64,000 nt of DNA from Piedraia hortae CBS 480.64 (Eukaryota): the NCBI GenBank assembly GCA_010093745.1, contig MU005971.1, positions 1-64,000 of the forward strand, read 5' to 3'. The notes below the pieces were generated by a model. That model was given only the letters and a program-made list of their open reading frames with translations, was not told where the DNA came from and made no database searches. Shown piece by piece: positions 46,386 to 59,000 of the stretch (its first letter is position 1; every line of letters starts with the position of its first letter). Position numbers and translations under genes: made by a program.

Positions 46386-47609
46386 TCACTCCTCGACCTC
46401 CTCGACACGCGCTCCAAGGTTACGCTGTCGAGCATTTCCTTCTGATGCGAACCCTGTTCCCTTTCCAGTCTCAGGTTGGGATGCTTCGGCCTGCATTGGT
46501 TCTTGGGTATGATGATGGGTTTCCTCATGATTGTTGTTATGGTTACACTGTGGACCGTGGACGTGGACTGCAGGCTGCTTCCCCTTAGTCTTTGCCTTCT
46601 CTCTTTCCGCACGACGCAGTTTCTTCTGCTCACGCTCTGCCTTCTTTCGCTTCTTGACAGCCTTTTCGTCCTCGTGCCAGGCGTACAGAGGTCGGAAGGA
46701 GTCAAAGAACCCGACATCCTCAAAAAGGTTCGGGAATAGCCAGAGACCGGGAGGGGCGGTGAACATGGTGATAAGGTAGAGAATTGCACGGATGACTGCA
46801 ATGACAAAAAAGACACCCAAGAGGCCGAGAGCGCCCATGCTAAGATACCAAACGCCGAGGCGAAGGGTATAAGGCCACATTGGAAAGAAGACGAGCGCGA
46901 GGATAAGTAACAGAGCGCCAGCCGCCTGCAGTCGTGTGCGCCACTGCGAACCCTCGTATAGCATCACGTAGTACATGTCATCATGTGCTTCCTGCTGCGG
47001 TTCGATGACGACTGTCCAGAGTCCCTTGACGCGCTTCTTCTTGCCACCGCCGTCGGGCTGCTCTACCTTGCGCACCCGCAGGGCTAGTAGACTCATGGGA
47101 AGGAGTTTGAACGTGTTTTCTGCGGTTACGCGGTCATTGACCTCTGGTAGGAGCTTGTTCTTCTTGCGCGCTTTAACGTATTCATCCGATTGAAGGGCTC
47201 GGATCGCCCGTTTGACCCGGAACATGTCTTTGCGTTTGTCCTGGAAAATGCAGGTGCGCATCTTGAGGTTTTGCCCGCGCAAGAATCGGGCTACTGCAAT
47301 GGATTCTGGAGTGGGGGGACCGTTGCCTGGTGTTGCTTGTTCGTTGAGTGTGTTGGGCGGTCCTTGTTGTGGCCGCTGCGGTTGGCCTTGGAAGCTTCCG
47401 CCTTGATGTGCCTGATCACGCATCTGTTGCTGCTGCATTGCATGCTGCCTCATGCGACTGAAGTATTCCTCTGGGCTCAAACCGGCGCGCTCTGCTTCCT
47501 TGACCAGCTGTTCTCTCATCATCTGCACTTGCTGCGGCGACGGCTGGTTGCCGGGTTGCATCATGACGGGACCACCAGGGCCTCTCGGAACCGCTCCTAA
47601 CATCTCCAT
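46386..47609 (-). CDS. SEC62: ER translocation protein Sec62
   Basis: FRVKRAIRAL, two TM segments (FPMWP...GVWYLS), and GLWLFPNLFEDVGFFDSFRPLY. Confidence 0.95.
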   Translation of the reverse strand: MEMLGAVPRGPGGPVMMQPGNQPSPQQVQMMREQLVKEAERAGLSPEEYFSRMRQHAMQQQQMRDQAHQGGSFQGQPQRPQQGPPNTLNEQATPGNGPPTPESIAVARFLRGQNLKMRTCIFQDKRKDMFRVKRAIRALQSDEYVKARKKNKLLPEVNDRVTAENTFKLLPMSLLALRVRKVEQPDGGGKKKRVKGLWTVVIEPQQEAHDDMYYVMLYEGSQWRTRLQAAGALLLILALVFFPMWPYTLRLGVWYLSMGALGLLGVFFVIAVIRAILYLITMFTAPPGLWLFPNLFEDVGFFDSFRPLYAWHEDEKAVKKRKKAEREQKKLRRAEREKAKTKGKQPAVHVHGPQCNHNNNHEETHHHTQEPMQAEASQPETGKGTGFASEGNARQRNLGARVEEVEE

Positions 47610-47799
47610 GATTTCCTTTCAAACTTCGGATGGTTGACTTGCTGAGGCTGAAGAGATGGATCCAAAATGCAACGTTGCAATGGCGGTAACCAGAAACGTG
47701 CTAGCGTGTTCTTGGCGTACCACACCCAAAGATTTTCCCACGAGCTCCACGACCCACAACACCACATACGAGAAAGGCAGACCACCTTACGTACTAGCC

Positions 47800-48466
47800 A
47801 TGCGTAAGTATCGCCCTCTCGGGTTGTTTTTTTTTTTTTGGCTACCGGTCATGCAATGACCGCTGACTTTGTAAAGCTCCCAAATTCGACCCCAACGAGG
47901 AGAAGATCATCCACCTCCGTGCGACGGGCGGTGAGGTTGGTGCTTCTTCGGCCCTCGCGCCCAAGATCGGTCCTCTGGGTCTCTCGCCCAAGAAGGTCGG
48001 AGAAGACATTGCCAAAGCCACTGGCGACTGGGTCCGTCTAATCTGTGCTTCGAAAATCGACTGCTCTAATCCGCTCTGCAGAAAGGTCTCCGCGTGACGG
48101 TCCGCCTCACCATCAAGAACCGTCAGGCTGCCGTGTCTGTCGTCCCCTCTGCATCTTCGCTCGTCATCAAGGCCCTCAAGGAGCCTCCGCGCGACCGCAA
48201 GAAGGAGAAGAACATCAAGCACACAAAGTCTATCCCTCTCGATGAGATTATCGAGATTGCGCGCAAGATGCGCTTCAAATCAATGGCAAAGGACCTGAAG
48301 GGTACCGTGAAGGAGATTCTCGGAACCGCCTTCTCTACCGGCTGCAAGGTCGATGGAAGGAGTCCAAAGGATGTCAGTGACGACATCGAGTCTGGCGAGA
48401 TCGAGAGTACGTTTTGCACTGAAACCGAACGACTAACGCTGACGCTCTACAGTTCCCGAGGAATAA
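47800..48466 (+). CDS. RPL12: 60S ribosomal protein L12/uL11 (3 introns)
   Basis: [39 protein letters not shown] and [14 protein letters not shown]. Confidence 0.97.
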
Positions 48467-48720
48467 ATAATGTACTGTTCTCTGCCATGTCATGTTATGT
48501 CTCACTGTTCCAACAACTTTGCCGACACTCTGGCCCCTACCATCCCCTCTGTGGTTAGGGCCTATTTGGTGCAAAGAAGATCAATTGACCCATTACTCAC
48601 CGCGCCGTCTTTCCTTTGTGGACGGAGTGGTCCATCACTACGGTCTACATGCATTGCACAGTTGGTAGCGTAAAGAAGATTGACTGAAAAAGACGGTATG
48701 CACATTCGAAAGCCCTGACT

Positions 48721-49097
48721 TCAACTCTTCTGCCCTCTTTCGTGCTCGATAATCTGTCGGCTCCAGTATCTCGACGGATAGAATCTGTCTGGCTGGATAA
48801 CGTGAGATGTGGCCTGCTGTAGATGGCGCAACATACATCTGGCATCCTGTCCCTCTGTTCCCTGTCTGCGCTCACTCCCCAGAGCATTACGCATATTCCG
48901 GTCATGGCCGCGCCCACAATCATGGTATTCTGCTTCCAGTTCTTTGGTTGCGCATACCAGCCGCCAGCCGGCGACCAGACATGCTTGGGGTAGCTGTGGT
49001 TGTCGGTCAACAAGGCTTGGGGTATTCGTAGCTATCAGGATGGAGCAACGTACGGAACTTTGGGCCCTCCGCTACGTAGAATAGTCGTCGGTCTCAT
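48721..49097 (-). CDS. Small fungal complex I accessory subunit (NUUM-like), 2 introns
   Basis: GGPKVP|YPKHVWSPAGGWYAQPKNWKQNT, one TM segment, then RFYPSRYWS. Confidence 0.78.
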
Positions 49098-49211
49098 GAT
49101 GTGAAGTGGTATGGGAAAGGGTGGGATTGGCGACGGCGCGGTTGAAGTGACGTCGGGAAGTCCCGACTCGCCCGTTTGGCTGGAACAATTTTCCCACCGT
49201 CTGCACCTTCA

Positions 49212-50372
49212 ATGAAGCGACTCGGCCCTGATCGATGGGTCTCTCATATCCAGCCGCCGCGGAATCCCTGGCTAATATCTACCTTTCCACTTCATCAGGC
49301 CGATCGACAGCGGCGGCGGAGGAACTTGTCTACGGCAGCAGCTGAAGCCCCAGCAACACAACAGAGTCCAACGCCCTCGCTTCGCCGCGCAAGACAGTCG
49401 CCCAAACTCTCCGCTCTCCACGCCCGTCTCCAGCTTCCCGCAAGGCTTCCCGTCGAGACTCTTGCAAGATGTCTCGTCGACAAGTCCGTGGATCCGCGGC
49501 CAGGCTTCAACAACGCGCCGCTGGCTGTTCTCGGCCAGGATCTCCTGGGACTACTATCCGCCGAATGGTTAATGTGCCGGTACCCGCGTCTACCCATGGC
49601 CATTCTATTTGCTGCACAAAACGCCTACGTCGGGGACGCGGCATTGGCTTCGATGCGCGCCGAATGGGGCGTCGAACTGGTAGCTTACCCTGGCAGCGAG
49701 GTCGACCCGGGAATGCTGCAATTCAAACGAATGGACCCTGCCAACTCAGTCTTCAGATCCAACAGCATAAAGTCCAAGGACGAGGACGCCCCATTCGCCT
49801 ATCCTCGTGGTATGAGCAGCAGAATTGTCCACGACGACCAGTTTGGAGTCCACGACAAGGCCAGCTACAAGACGGGGACAGAGCCAGACGGCGCACAAGA
49901 GCCGGTAACGGACGAGAAAGCCTCATCCGACTTTGTGCGCGCATTAACCGGTGCTCTCCATGTCCATGCCGGACTGGAGGCGGTCAAAACCTTTCACTCA
50001 AACCACGTGCTCAGCAGATTCCTACAGCTGGACAAGCTGTTCCAGTTTACACATGCCACACGCCATCTCAGTCGACTCTGTGCCCGCGAAGGCTTTGAGA
50101 GTCCCGTGGCGCGGCTCATAAGCGAGAGCGGCCGACTTTCGCGGAGCCCGGTGTTCATCGTAGGCGTTTACTCGGGCAATGACAAACTGGGTGAAGGCGC
50201 CGGCACGTCGCTCAACGAAGCCCGCGTCCGCGCCTCGGTTGCCGCCCTCAAGTCGTGGTATCTTTATTCACCACCCGGGAGCAGCGTCATGATGCCGTCA
50301 GAGACGCTGGCTGAGCCCGGAGCGAAGCAGTGGAGACCGCAGTACATTGATATAGGGGAGATTACCGGATAG
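49212..50372 (+). CDS. MRPL3: Mitochondrial ribosomal protein mL44
   Basis: SPKLSALHARLQLP, an RNase III-like region (RYPRLP), and a dsRBD-like PVARLISESGRLSRSPVFIVGVYSG. Confidence 0.88.
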   Translation: MKRLGPDRWVSHIQPPRNPWLISTFPLHQADRQRRRRNLSTAAAEAPATQQSPTPSLRRARQSPKLSALHARLQLPARLPVETLARCLVDKSVDPRPGFNNAPLAVLGQDLLGLLSAEWLMCRYPRLPMAILFAAQNAYVGDAALASMRAEWGVELVAYPGSEVDPGMLQFKRMDPANSVFRSNSIKSKDEDAPFAYPRGMSSRIVHDDQFGVHDKASYKTGTEPDGAQEPVTDEKASSDFVRALTGALHVHAGLEAVKTFHSNHVLSRFLQLDKLFQFTHATRHLSRLCAREGFESPVARLISESGRLSRSPVFIVGVYSGNDKLGEGAGTSLNEARVRASVAALKSWYLYSPPGSSVMMPSETLAEPGAKQWRPQYIDIGEITG

Positions 50373-50467
50373 ATGGTTGTATGATACACTGGCAATGTAA
50401 TATAGAATCCCGCTGCTCCCAGTTGCAGCCGTCAGAAATGTATTATGCACACAGCCGTCTATATGGT

Positions 50468-51721
50468 CTACCGCCGGCGCAGATACCAGCTGAAGGCGAG
50501 CGTCATGATGTCCTTTGAGAACGGCGTCGGAGCCTCCGCCAGTCCCGGCCGCGCCACCGGATGGCGGAGGTAGACGGCCGAGCAGACCTTCTGGTTGACC
50601 TCGAGATAGCGCGGGATGAAGGCAAAGGCCGACATGTAGTCCCGCGGCCTCCACGGAGTCGCGTACGGCTTGGACGAGTCGACGGGGTTTTCCCGCGCCT
50701 TTTGCAGCGCATCGTGCAGCAATTGCGCCTCTTTCCGCGCGCTGTATTCCTTGTTCTCCTCTTCCCGGCCGTCCCTTGGCACCTTGGCCATGATCTCCGC
50801 CAATGCCGTCTCCAGCTGCTCCACCGACTGCGTCTTTGCCTCCTCCGACGCCCGCCCGTGCTTGCTCATCACCTTGCGCACCGACTGCGTAAACGCCCGC
50901 AGCTCCTGCTGGCGCTTGCCCGACAATTCGCGTTTGTTCTCCTCCAGGATGTTCTTTGCGCGTTCTGCGAGGCTCTTGAGCGCCTTCTTAGGGTCCGTCT
51001 GCACCTCTTCCTCCGACAGCGGCTTCACCTCCTCTACCTCAGCCTCCCCATCAGCCTTGATAGCTTCACGTCTTTCTCGCTTATGCTTTATGCTCGTCGG
51101 ACTGGACGTCTTGACCTTTTGCGCCCCCGTAGCATACATGACCATCTCCGGGTCAACCTGGAACATGTCTCCCGGGTTCAACCTGTAGCCGGGATGACGC
51201 ATCCTCTTCCCATTGACTCTCACCCGCCCATGCAGCACAAACTGCCTCGCCTGACGTACACTACTCGCAAACAAGGCGCGCCAGATGGCCGTGTCGAGGC
51301 GTCTCTCCAGCGGCGCAAACGCCATGTGCGTGTACGGCGTCTTCTCCACCTGTTGCCTCTCATTGACATTCTCGATCCCACTACCCCGCCCGCGCGCCTC
51401 CTCGCTTCCGTCCGTTTGCGCCAGATACCGATGATTCATGGGCACCACGGCGGGGATCCGTCGACTAAACATCTTCGTCCATTTGCCCTCCTGCAAATAC
51501 GGGTTGTGATACCCTCGAGCTAGAGACTTGGCCATCCATTTTTGCTGAAAGAGCGTCCGGAAGGTAAACGGTGGGTTCGTAAGGCGTGAGAGGTTGTATA
51601 GGCTCTCTTTGGACCAGTCTTGCCGAACTCTCTGTTCCATCCAATCAGCATATAAGCACATCTAGTTATTTGGATGACTAACCGGCTTCTTAAGCGAGTG
51701 GATCTTGTGCAGTCGCCGCAT
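50468..51721 (-). CDS. NAM9: Mitochondrial ribosomal protein uS4m (one 5' intron)
   Basis: TLFQQKW, LERRLDTAIWRALFASSVRQARQFVLHG, and KPYATPWRPRDYMSAFAFIPRYLEV. Confidence 0.93.
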
Positions 51722-51868
51722 GGTGGACTAGTTGCTCGCCGCATTTTTCCATCCGAGTCGTTGTGACCCTAACAAACGGAACTCATTCCGCGTCCCCGCG
51801 TTGCTTGGCGACAGCATCACCTACAAACTATTTTTATTTTTCCCACACCGCAAAAGCTATCGGCAACT

Positions 51869-53083
51869 ATGTCTAAAGTAGAAGCTAGCAAGTCTGCCGA
51901 GGAGAACAAACCTGCGGCGGAGAGTGCTGTTGCGGACGCGACTGTTACTGAGACTGTGAGTGCCAGCTCGGCTAGTGCGGTGGAGGAAGCTTCCGCGGAG
52001 AAGAGCACGGAAGCGAACGGTGCGGGTCGAACCGTAGAAGAGAGCGGCGCGGATGAAACCGCCGGAGAGAATGGCAAGGCGAGCGTAAGCGTAGAGAAGA
52101 CAATTGCCGAAGCAGAATCCACCGAAAAGCAGGACACCGCCTCAGACGCGAAGCAGACGGAACCTGAAAATGAGATCGCCAAAACCTCTGAAAAAACCGC
52201 AGACGCTTCCGCCGGCGCCTCCAAAGACACCAAAGACTCCAAAGACTCCACCCGCAAATCGCGTCCCAACCAACGCAAATCGACCTTCACCCAACCCGAA
52301 TCTTCCGACCCCGTCCAAATCCTCCACCAAGTCGAATTCTACTTTAGTGACTCCAACCTCCCGATAGATACCTTCCTCCTCAAATCCACAGGCGGACACG
52401 CAAACAAGCCCATCCCCCTCGCTACAATCCACAACTTCAAACGCATGCGGCACTTCCAACCTTACTCCTCCGTCCGTTCCGCTTTACTTGAAAGCAAACT
52501 CCTCAACCTCGACGAGCAAGATAACATCACCCGCAAAATTCCCCTGGATGAGAAGTTTACGGATTCTGTCAAGGAGAATTCGAAGCTGCTTCAGGCTGAG
52601 ACGCTGGCGAGGTCGGTGTATGTCAAGGGCTTTGGGGAGGAGGGTGAGGATACGCATCTTGAGATTGAAGGTTTCTTTAAAAACTTTGGGCCGGTTAGGG
52701 CCGTCAGGTTGAGGAGAGATTTCGAGGGACGGTTTAAAGGGTCTGTGTTTGTGGAATTTGAGTCGGAGGATGTGAGGGATGGTTTCCTTGGGTTGGAGAC
52801 CAAGCCGATGTGGAAGGGGGAGGAGTTGATGATCAAGTCGAAGAAAGAGTATCTTGAGAGTAAGGGGAGGATGAAGGATGGGGAGGAGGAGGTGAAGAAA
52901 AATGGGGGTCAGGAGAAGAAGAGGAGTGGTGCGCAACGTGGAGGACGTGGGGGACGCGGAGGGAGAGGAAGGGGTCGTGGTGGGTCTAGGGGAACGAAAA
53001 GGTCCAGGGTGGATGGGGATGAAAGTAAAGGGGTGAAGAAGGTGAAAGGGGGAGATGGAGAGGCACAAGCCGTGGCTGGTTAG
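51869..53083 (+). CDS. LHP1: La autoantigen homologue
   Basis: La motif QVEFYFSDSNLPIDTFL...FKRM; RRM RSVYVKGF...FKGSVFVEF; RGG tail. Confidence 0.92.
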   Translation: MSKVEASKSAEENKPAAESAVADATVTETVSASSASAVEEASAEKSTEANGAGRTVEESGADETAGENGKASVSVEKTIAEAESTEKQDTASDAKQTEPENEIAKTSEKTADASAGASKDTKDSKDSTRKSRPNQRKSTFTQPESSDPVQILHQVEFYFSDSNLPIDTFLLKSTGGHANKPIPLATIHNFKRMRHFQPYSSVRSALLESKLLNLDEQDNITRKIPLDEKFTDSVKENSKLLQAETLARSVYVKGFGEEGEDTHLEIEGFFKNFGPVRAVRLRRDFEGRFKGSVFVEFESEDVRDGFLGLETKPMWKGEELMIKSKKEYLESKGRMKDGEEEVKKNGGQEKKRSGAQRGGRGGRGGRGRGRGGSRGTKRSRVDGDESKGVKKVKGGDGEAQAVAG

Positions 53084-56000
53084 AGGTGGACGTCATAGGA
53101 GGAGTGTAATGATAGGTTTATACCATGTCGCGCTCGTCCATGTGTTCCGTGACCGATTTCAGTGGCTTTTCTTTGTTGGTGTGATTCAGAGGTTTCGGAT
53201 TGAGTTTGGTGTTAAGAGATAGGCTAAACCGTAACAGGAAAGAGCGAGGAGTGTAAGTTTGCCAAGGGGGCATGGAATGATCCAACGCAAGAATCGTAAA
53301 ATCGGCGGAGAGAAGAGCTTTTTCCAACTCATCAGACCTGTGTGAGATATACTGACGTTCTTCCATTACCCCTATGACGCGGTTACATCGTCAAACTTTA
53401 ATAAATTTGGTTTTGCTTCTCTTCTACTCGACGAAGATCCTCTCATCAAGGCCTATCAATACTCCCTATATGAGACTTCCATAGCAAAATTTTTGCGAAA
53501 TAGAAATGTCACATCATCTCAGTCCGCGGGAGATTCAGTCTCGTTGCACTGCTGAGGGAAAATTTATTCGACTGTCGGGTTGTTCTAAAAGTGTGCAAGA
53601 TGAATGGTTCAGTGGAAGACATCGAGCTCAACTCTTCTGAATTTAAAAATTCCACTCTTTTTTATCTATCAACACATATACCCGCTAGGGATCCAGATAA
53701 AATCCTCACTGTTGTACACAAGACTCCCCCTTCGAACCACCAGTTTAATCCACAACTTCATCTCTTCGGCTTACAGCCTCCATCCTATTCGTTCCGCCTT
53801 TGTTGGTGTGCCTGTTCAACGAAACACTGCTTTTCAAGGGCCTTGATCTTCCGCTCCCGAAGAGCCCTTTGAACAAACCTGTAGTAGGATCTCTGGACTC
53901 ATCTTTCGGGAAATGATGGCTTCAGAGGAGAGGTGTTACTCTAACATATCGGCCAAAGTCTCCGGAAGGGCCATTTGTTTGTCCAATCCCGCAGTGGGAT
54001 CTCTGGACTCGTTTCCCAAACAAAGAATCGAATAGACATAGAAATCGCTCTGGGAAGCTTGCGCATCTCCCCTTCGATCTGACCTTGCCGAATGCTTGCC
54101 AGCCGCTCATCTGGACAGCCTTCTTCGCACAAGAGGTTACGAAGGAGTATGAGCGACTTGGCCAGGATTGGGTGGGATCTGTCATACCGTTGTTTCATTC
54201 AGTCCATGGTCTTGTGGTGTCATACTTCCCGCGGCTCTGGAGAGGGTAGCAACTGTTCTTGGCGGGACGGCAAGGGGAGTCTCAAAGGCCACACGGTCCA
54301 GCACACTGTCCTCACCAGTGATTATCATGGGTGCCGAAGGGGTCTCTATGCGCTCGGGGACTTGTGAAGCGGGGATTTGGACAGGAGTTAATTTGGGCCG
54401 CGGGAAAAGAATGTTTAGGGAACATAATTGAAGTTGAAAAATGTCTTGGCCATTAATTGAGGCCCACGGACGGTGTGTCGGCGAAACGGATCTGTATTTG
54501 CCGTACAGCGGGGCCTTCTAAGGTGGCATTGGGTTCGCATATCAAATGCAGTCAAACCCAAATTTAGAGGACGCTAAGTATGGCCAATACTTGGTATAGC
54601 GGGCAGTCTTCTTGGGCTAGATCGATCCGCTATACCCAGAGCTCGACTGGAGACGAAAAGGCCGACGTTGATCTTATGTTTGATACCGGGCCCGACACGG
54701 ACTCTGCTTAAACACGACATGTTTCTGGTCAAGCGTTGGATACCGGCAAAGCGGATTTGGTTTGAAGGCCCTTCGTTGAATCTGTGCTTGGGCGTCTGTC
54801 CTCGTTCTCATGGATCCGTGGTCATGGGGAGGGGAAAATGTGATGTTTCTTTGGCAGTTAGTCTCCCAGAGCCCATATCTAGGGCCTCTCTTGGCTTGGC
54901 AGCTTAAAATTTGCAGGAAGATCTAGTCACTTGAGGAATCAATCCAGACGCACTCATTCCACCGAGCGAAAGAGTCTCGCCCAACTCGTCATCATCAACC
55001 TCCTTCTCGACGGCTTTAAGCACAAAAACGGCGGCCCAATTCACTTGACTATTTTCTTTTGGCTGTGGTTTCCCCGGGGCCATCTTGTACCTGAAAAAGC
55101 TGAACGGCAGCCAATCAACGATGCAGAAACAACGAATACAGTTTGAACACGACATGTTTCTGATCAGGAGTGGCGTAGCAGTGCGTATTTGGATATTCTG
55201 CCGAGCAGAGCCCCACAAAGTTCAACTGACTTCATTTCCCTGTTAGAGGGGGAAATAGTCTGTTTTCAGTCGAATATACCGTGTCGACGTCTTGAACTTG
55301 AAGCGAAAGGCACTTAATTGAAGCCAAACTTGGTGGACCTTTAATCGTATAGAAAAGCAAACGTGCCATAGCACTCGCATGAAAAAGGACCTTGACCCAG
55401 GAATGGCGCGGATGCGTACAGTTGAGGAGTTTTGAATGGTCCAGAGAATTCGTGCTGCGAATGGGCTCGGTCGAGTCAGCTGTGTGAAAGTCAGCACCGA
55501 GATGGCTGGCGGCCAGGCTGAATGTAAGGCGGGTGGCAAGAACACCACGGCGAGGATAGCCTGATTTTGCCCAGCAGCCGTAGACTAGTCTTCGATAACC
55601 GCCTTGAGGAGTTTCCAGTCTTGGGCAAGATTTGGTAGAAGAGTCTTGAGGTCCCGAGGCGCAAGCGGGATGTTCCCTGTCTCCATCGCAACGAAAATTT
55701 TCTTACAGCCAACCAGTGTGGTTGGCTTCTTCAGCGCGAGAACAAAGACGGGCAGTGAAAAGGGCTCTAACGAAACTGCAGTCGGATCAACACATCCAGT
55801 TTGAATACAACATGTTATAAGCCCGAAGCTGTGTACCCATGAAGAGGATCGGGCTTCACGGCTGTCTCTTGGCCGGTGCATTCGGTGTGGCGCTAGGAAT
55901 GGCTTCGCCTCAGGAGTCGTTGGCAGTCAGCCGGAAATATGGCAGCAGGCCACGAGGGGGGAGCCTTGTTGATTGGCTTTCGCATTGTATGCCATCGGCA

Positions 56001-59000
56001 TCCGGTTAAAGCTTTGCCGACGAATGAGAGAGAGGATTCTCTCGGCGTGTCGTCCACAGAGAGAGTCCTCGGGAGCAAAGGTTTCTACTCCTTCTTACCG
56101 AGGCCAAGCTCATCGACTGCATACGGCAGGGAAACGAGAATGGGATGCATTTCTCAATCGCACAGTGAAGGAGCAGACAAGCATCGCGTGCGTGTCGTCT
56201 GCGCCGAGAGGTCCCTGAAGTGTCTGCCCTTGTCGGAAGAATAGGCTGTTGCTTTCGAAACAAGCAAGCGAACCACAGAGTCGTTGGGGTTTTCTGCGTC
56301 GGCAGGCCAATGTTTGGTCTTGTCATATGGCCAGATGCCGTTATGGAGAATCGACGTGGGTTCCGTCGAAGACGCACGAGTTCAGTCGACGCCTCCCTCG
56401 CTTGCAGAAATAGTTGACGAGGTGGCCGTGGAGGAAGAAATCATTCGTTTTTGTTGATTAAGCGCTGTGGACACGGCTTGGCATCATGGGCAGCAGTCAG
56501 CATTGCCACTGCTTCATTCTTGTTTTGCTCTTGTAACGAGACATGTATCGATCATGGCAACCAATCTCATGGCCCCAAACCATGTTCTCATCCTTCCGGT
56601 ATCCTGCTGGCTCTGATTTGGGACGATAGCTGTCAGCAAATCGATGATGATGGCGGCAACGATTGCTACACCTAAGGTCTCGCAGCAGAATCAGGCGAAC
56701 TTGATAGCGTGGAGACCTGGGCTTCACGCAAGCCGACATCTTGTGTTGAGGGCTTGCATTCGGCTTGGACAGTATGTTTCCACTTGTTGCACCCCGTTGC
56801 CAGCCCAAGTTTCAATTGGTGAATGCCACCTCGCTGATCGGAAAAGTCTTTAAGCACTGTGACATGCGCTTTGACTTCGTGCATCCAGAGAAGTGCCTCC
56901 ACCCTGTCCTGTCGTCCTACCCGGCCCTCCCTTTTTCCTTCATTGCAGTATACCTTCCTCACCAAACCGCTCGTTATCCTAGCTCTTGTAAAGGAAATGA
57001 AACCCGTCTTGTCTCAAACATCCTGGACCAGCGTAAGAGGTCCGTAATTTTGTTAAGGTAAAAATTCCCCTTGATGATGATTTTGGGGGCGACTAACCCG
57101 CCTGACAAGACATTGGCTGGGTTATGGGCGGACCTTTTTGGTTGCAACCCGCTATGCCGGTCTTTGTAGCAGAGGATGCCACTGACTCATATCGGTGGAT
57201 CATTCTGGCGTTGTCAAACTCAAATCCTTCTATACTGTATTCGTACTTCGGTGTATTCTTTGTGCAGTTAAAGGCTTGCGACTTTGGAGAACCACGCGAG
57301 TACTGGGTGGTTGGTCTTGGTGGACATTGGGCTTAGGCTCGCTTGGTCGCTTTTCTTACTGAGGGTAAAACTGCGCCATAGCCTTTCAGTTGTGTCAGGC
57401 TCGTGATGTGATCCATCCAAGGTGCAGACATTGGTGCATGAACAGATGGGCAAATGCTACTGTGCAATTGCACAAAAGGGGCTGCGTCTTCGAGGACCGA
57501 GTTTCAATAAAGAAGAAGAAGAAGAAGAGCCGCTATGCAGTAAAACTGCAATTGAGAGAAGGAGGCAAAAAAATTGATGAGGAATTGGAGGTGTGTGGTG
57601 CCAGAGAGGTGGAGAATTGTCAGTTCGGGAGAAAAGTCAAGCACCGCGCCAAGAAAGAAAAAACGCGGTGGGTTACTGCCTCAGGCTCTCGTGGACCCTT
57701 GGCAGGGGTCTGCTGCATGATGTAACTTTTCCTGACTTAGCGTGGGTTTCGTGATTTTATTGAACAGGTAGGATGACATGCTTCAGACAAGTCTGCCTCT
57801 TCGGCGATCCTTTGGTGAGCTGTGGCAGCCTTAAGCACTACTACTATGGAGCTTTTGAAGCTTGGTGCTATCACACTCAAGTTCTTGATTTGGTTGCAGC
57901 AAGCAGAAAGGCGCCGAAGAAACCCTGTCAGGGAACAAGAGGGTCGTGAATCTGTGAGTGCCATCGGCGGCACGGTGTACAGCTGCTTACCCAGTCCAGC
58001 GCCGAATGCCCGCATGAAACCGACGGAGACGCCGGCTTTCCCTCCACGAGAGCTACTCATACCAGACTGAGAAGGCAGCCTGGTAGAATTGTGTGGGACG
58101 GTGACAGCGGCCATGACCATGGCAATGTTACCGCATGCACGGCATTATGGCTGGACCGGAAAACAAAGCAGCGGTATGATTGGCAATGATGGAGACTGGC
58201 TGTTCTATCTACTGCAGGTATGGAGGACGACTTGACTGGCCCATTGGTAGGCGGCCGCACAGGCAACGCAACGATCATAGAATGCTCTATCCTGTACCCT
58301 TAATGCCTACGCAACTTTCCCCTTTGTTCCCCAGTGTTGATGTCTTTGTCTGTCCAGGATAAACGCAGCCGAGCATTCGCTTTGTCCACTCACTGAGCTG
58401 GATTGACGCCCCGGCCAGTGTATTCATTGTCCCCGTGCCTTGCCGTAGCGTCATCCTCATCCTTTAACTGCGCAAGTACCGTTGTCCGTCAGGATTGGCC
58501 GTTTCCCGACGTTCACATCTGGTGCTTCAGTTTTCTGGCCAATTCCACGGCTGCCATTGGAGGCGCAGAACAACGACAAATCCGTCGGAATAGATGAGCG
58601 GCTCCCAGCAGACGGAGCGCCTGCCGTACACAGACCCTCTGGACTATCATTGCACGGCAACTTCCTTGGGGGTGGAGGTCGACGGAGTAGCGGCTAGGTG
58701 CGTTGCGCCACAGCTCTGGACACAAACGAGCCACCGCAGAGAGCACATGGCTTTTACCAAGGCTGCGCTGGATCGTCCTATGACTGACGCGGCCTGCCTT
58801 CTGCGTACGCCTCAGCGGCAAGGTACTGTCGCCGCTGCGCTCCGCTGTCACTCTGGGCCCAGCGGTTCGTCTACTGTTGCAACCTGAAGCCATCATCTGA
58901 GAAGGCTTGGTATCGAGGAAAAGGCGACTGGCGGTGCCAGATATAGAGCCGATCCAGAAGGAATCATCCAAGTGAACGATGCCAGGCAAGACTCGGCGCA

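Noticed and set aside
48994..49053. Duplicated TACCCCAAGC and an internal CTGATAG in the NUUM-like intron, suggesting a nested intron
   Set aside because: The inner intron would be only 22 nt; a normal 60-nt intron explains the gene.
50561..51523. Long antisense ORFs (also 1059-1859, 15793-16644, 26189-26962)
   Set aside because: Shadows of real genes on the opposite strand, with no recognisable domains.
54150..57320. Recurrent HP(I/V)L peptide in three decayed frames as evidence of tandem paralogues
   Set aside because: Similarity does not extend beyond 4-5 residues.
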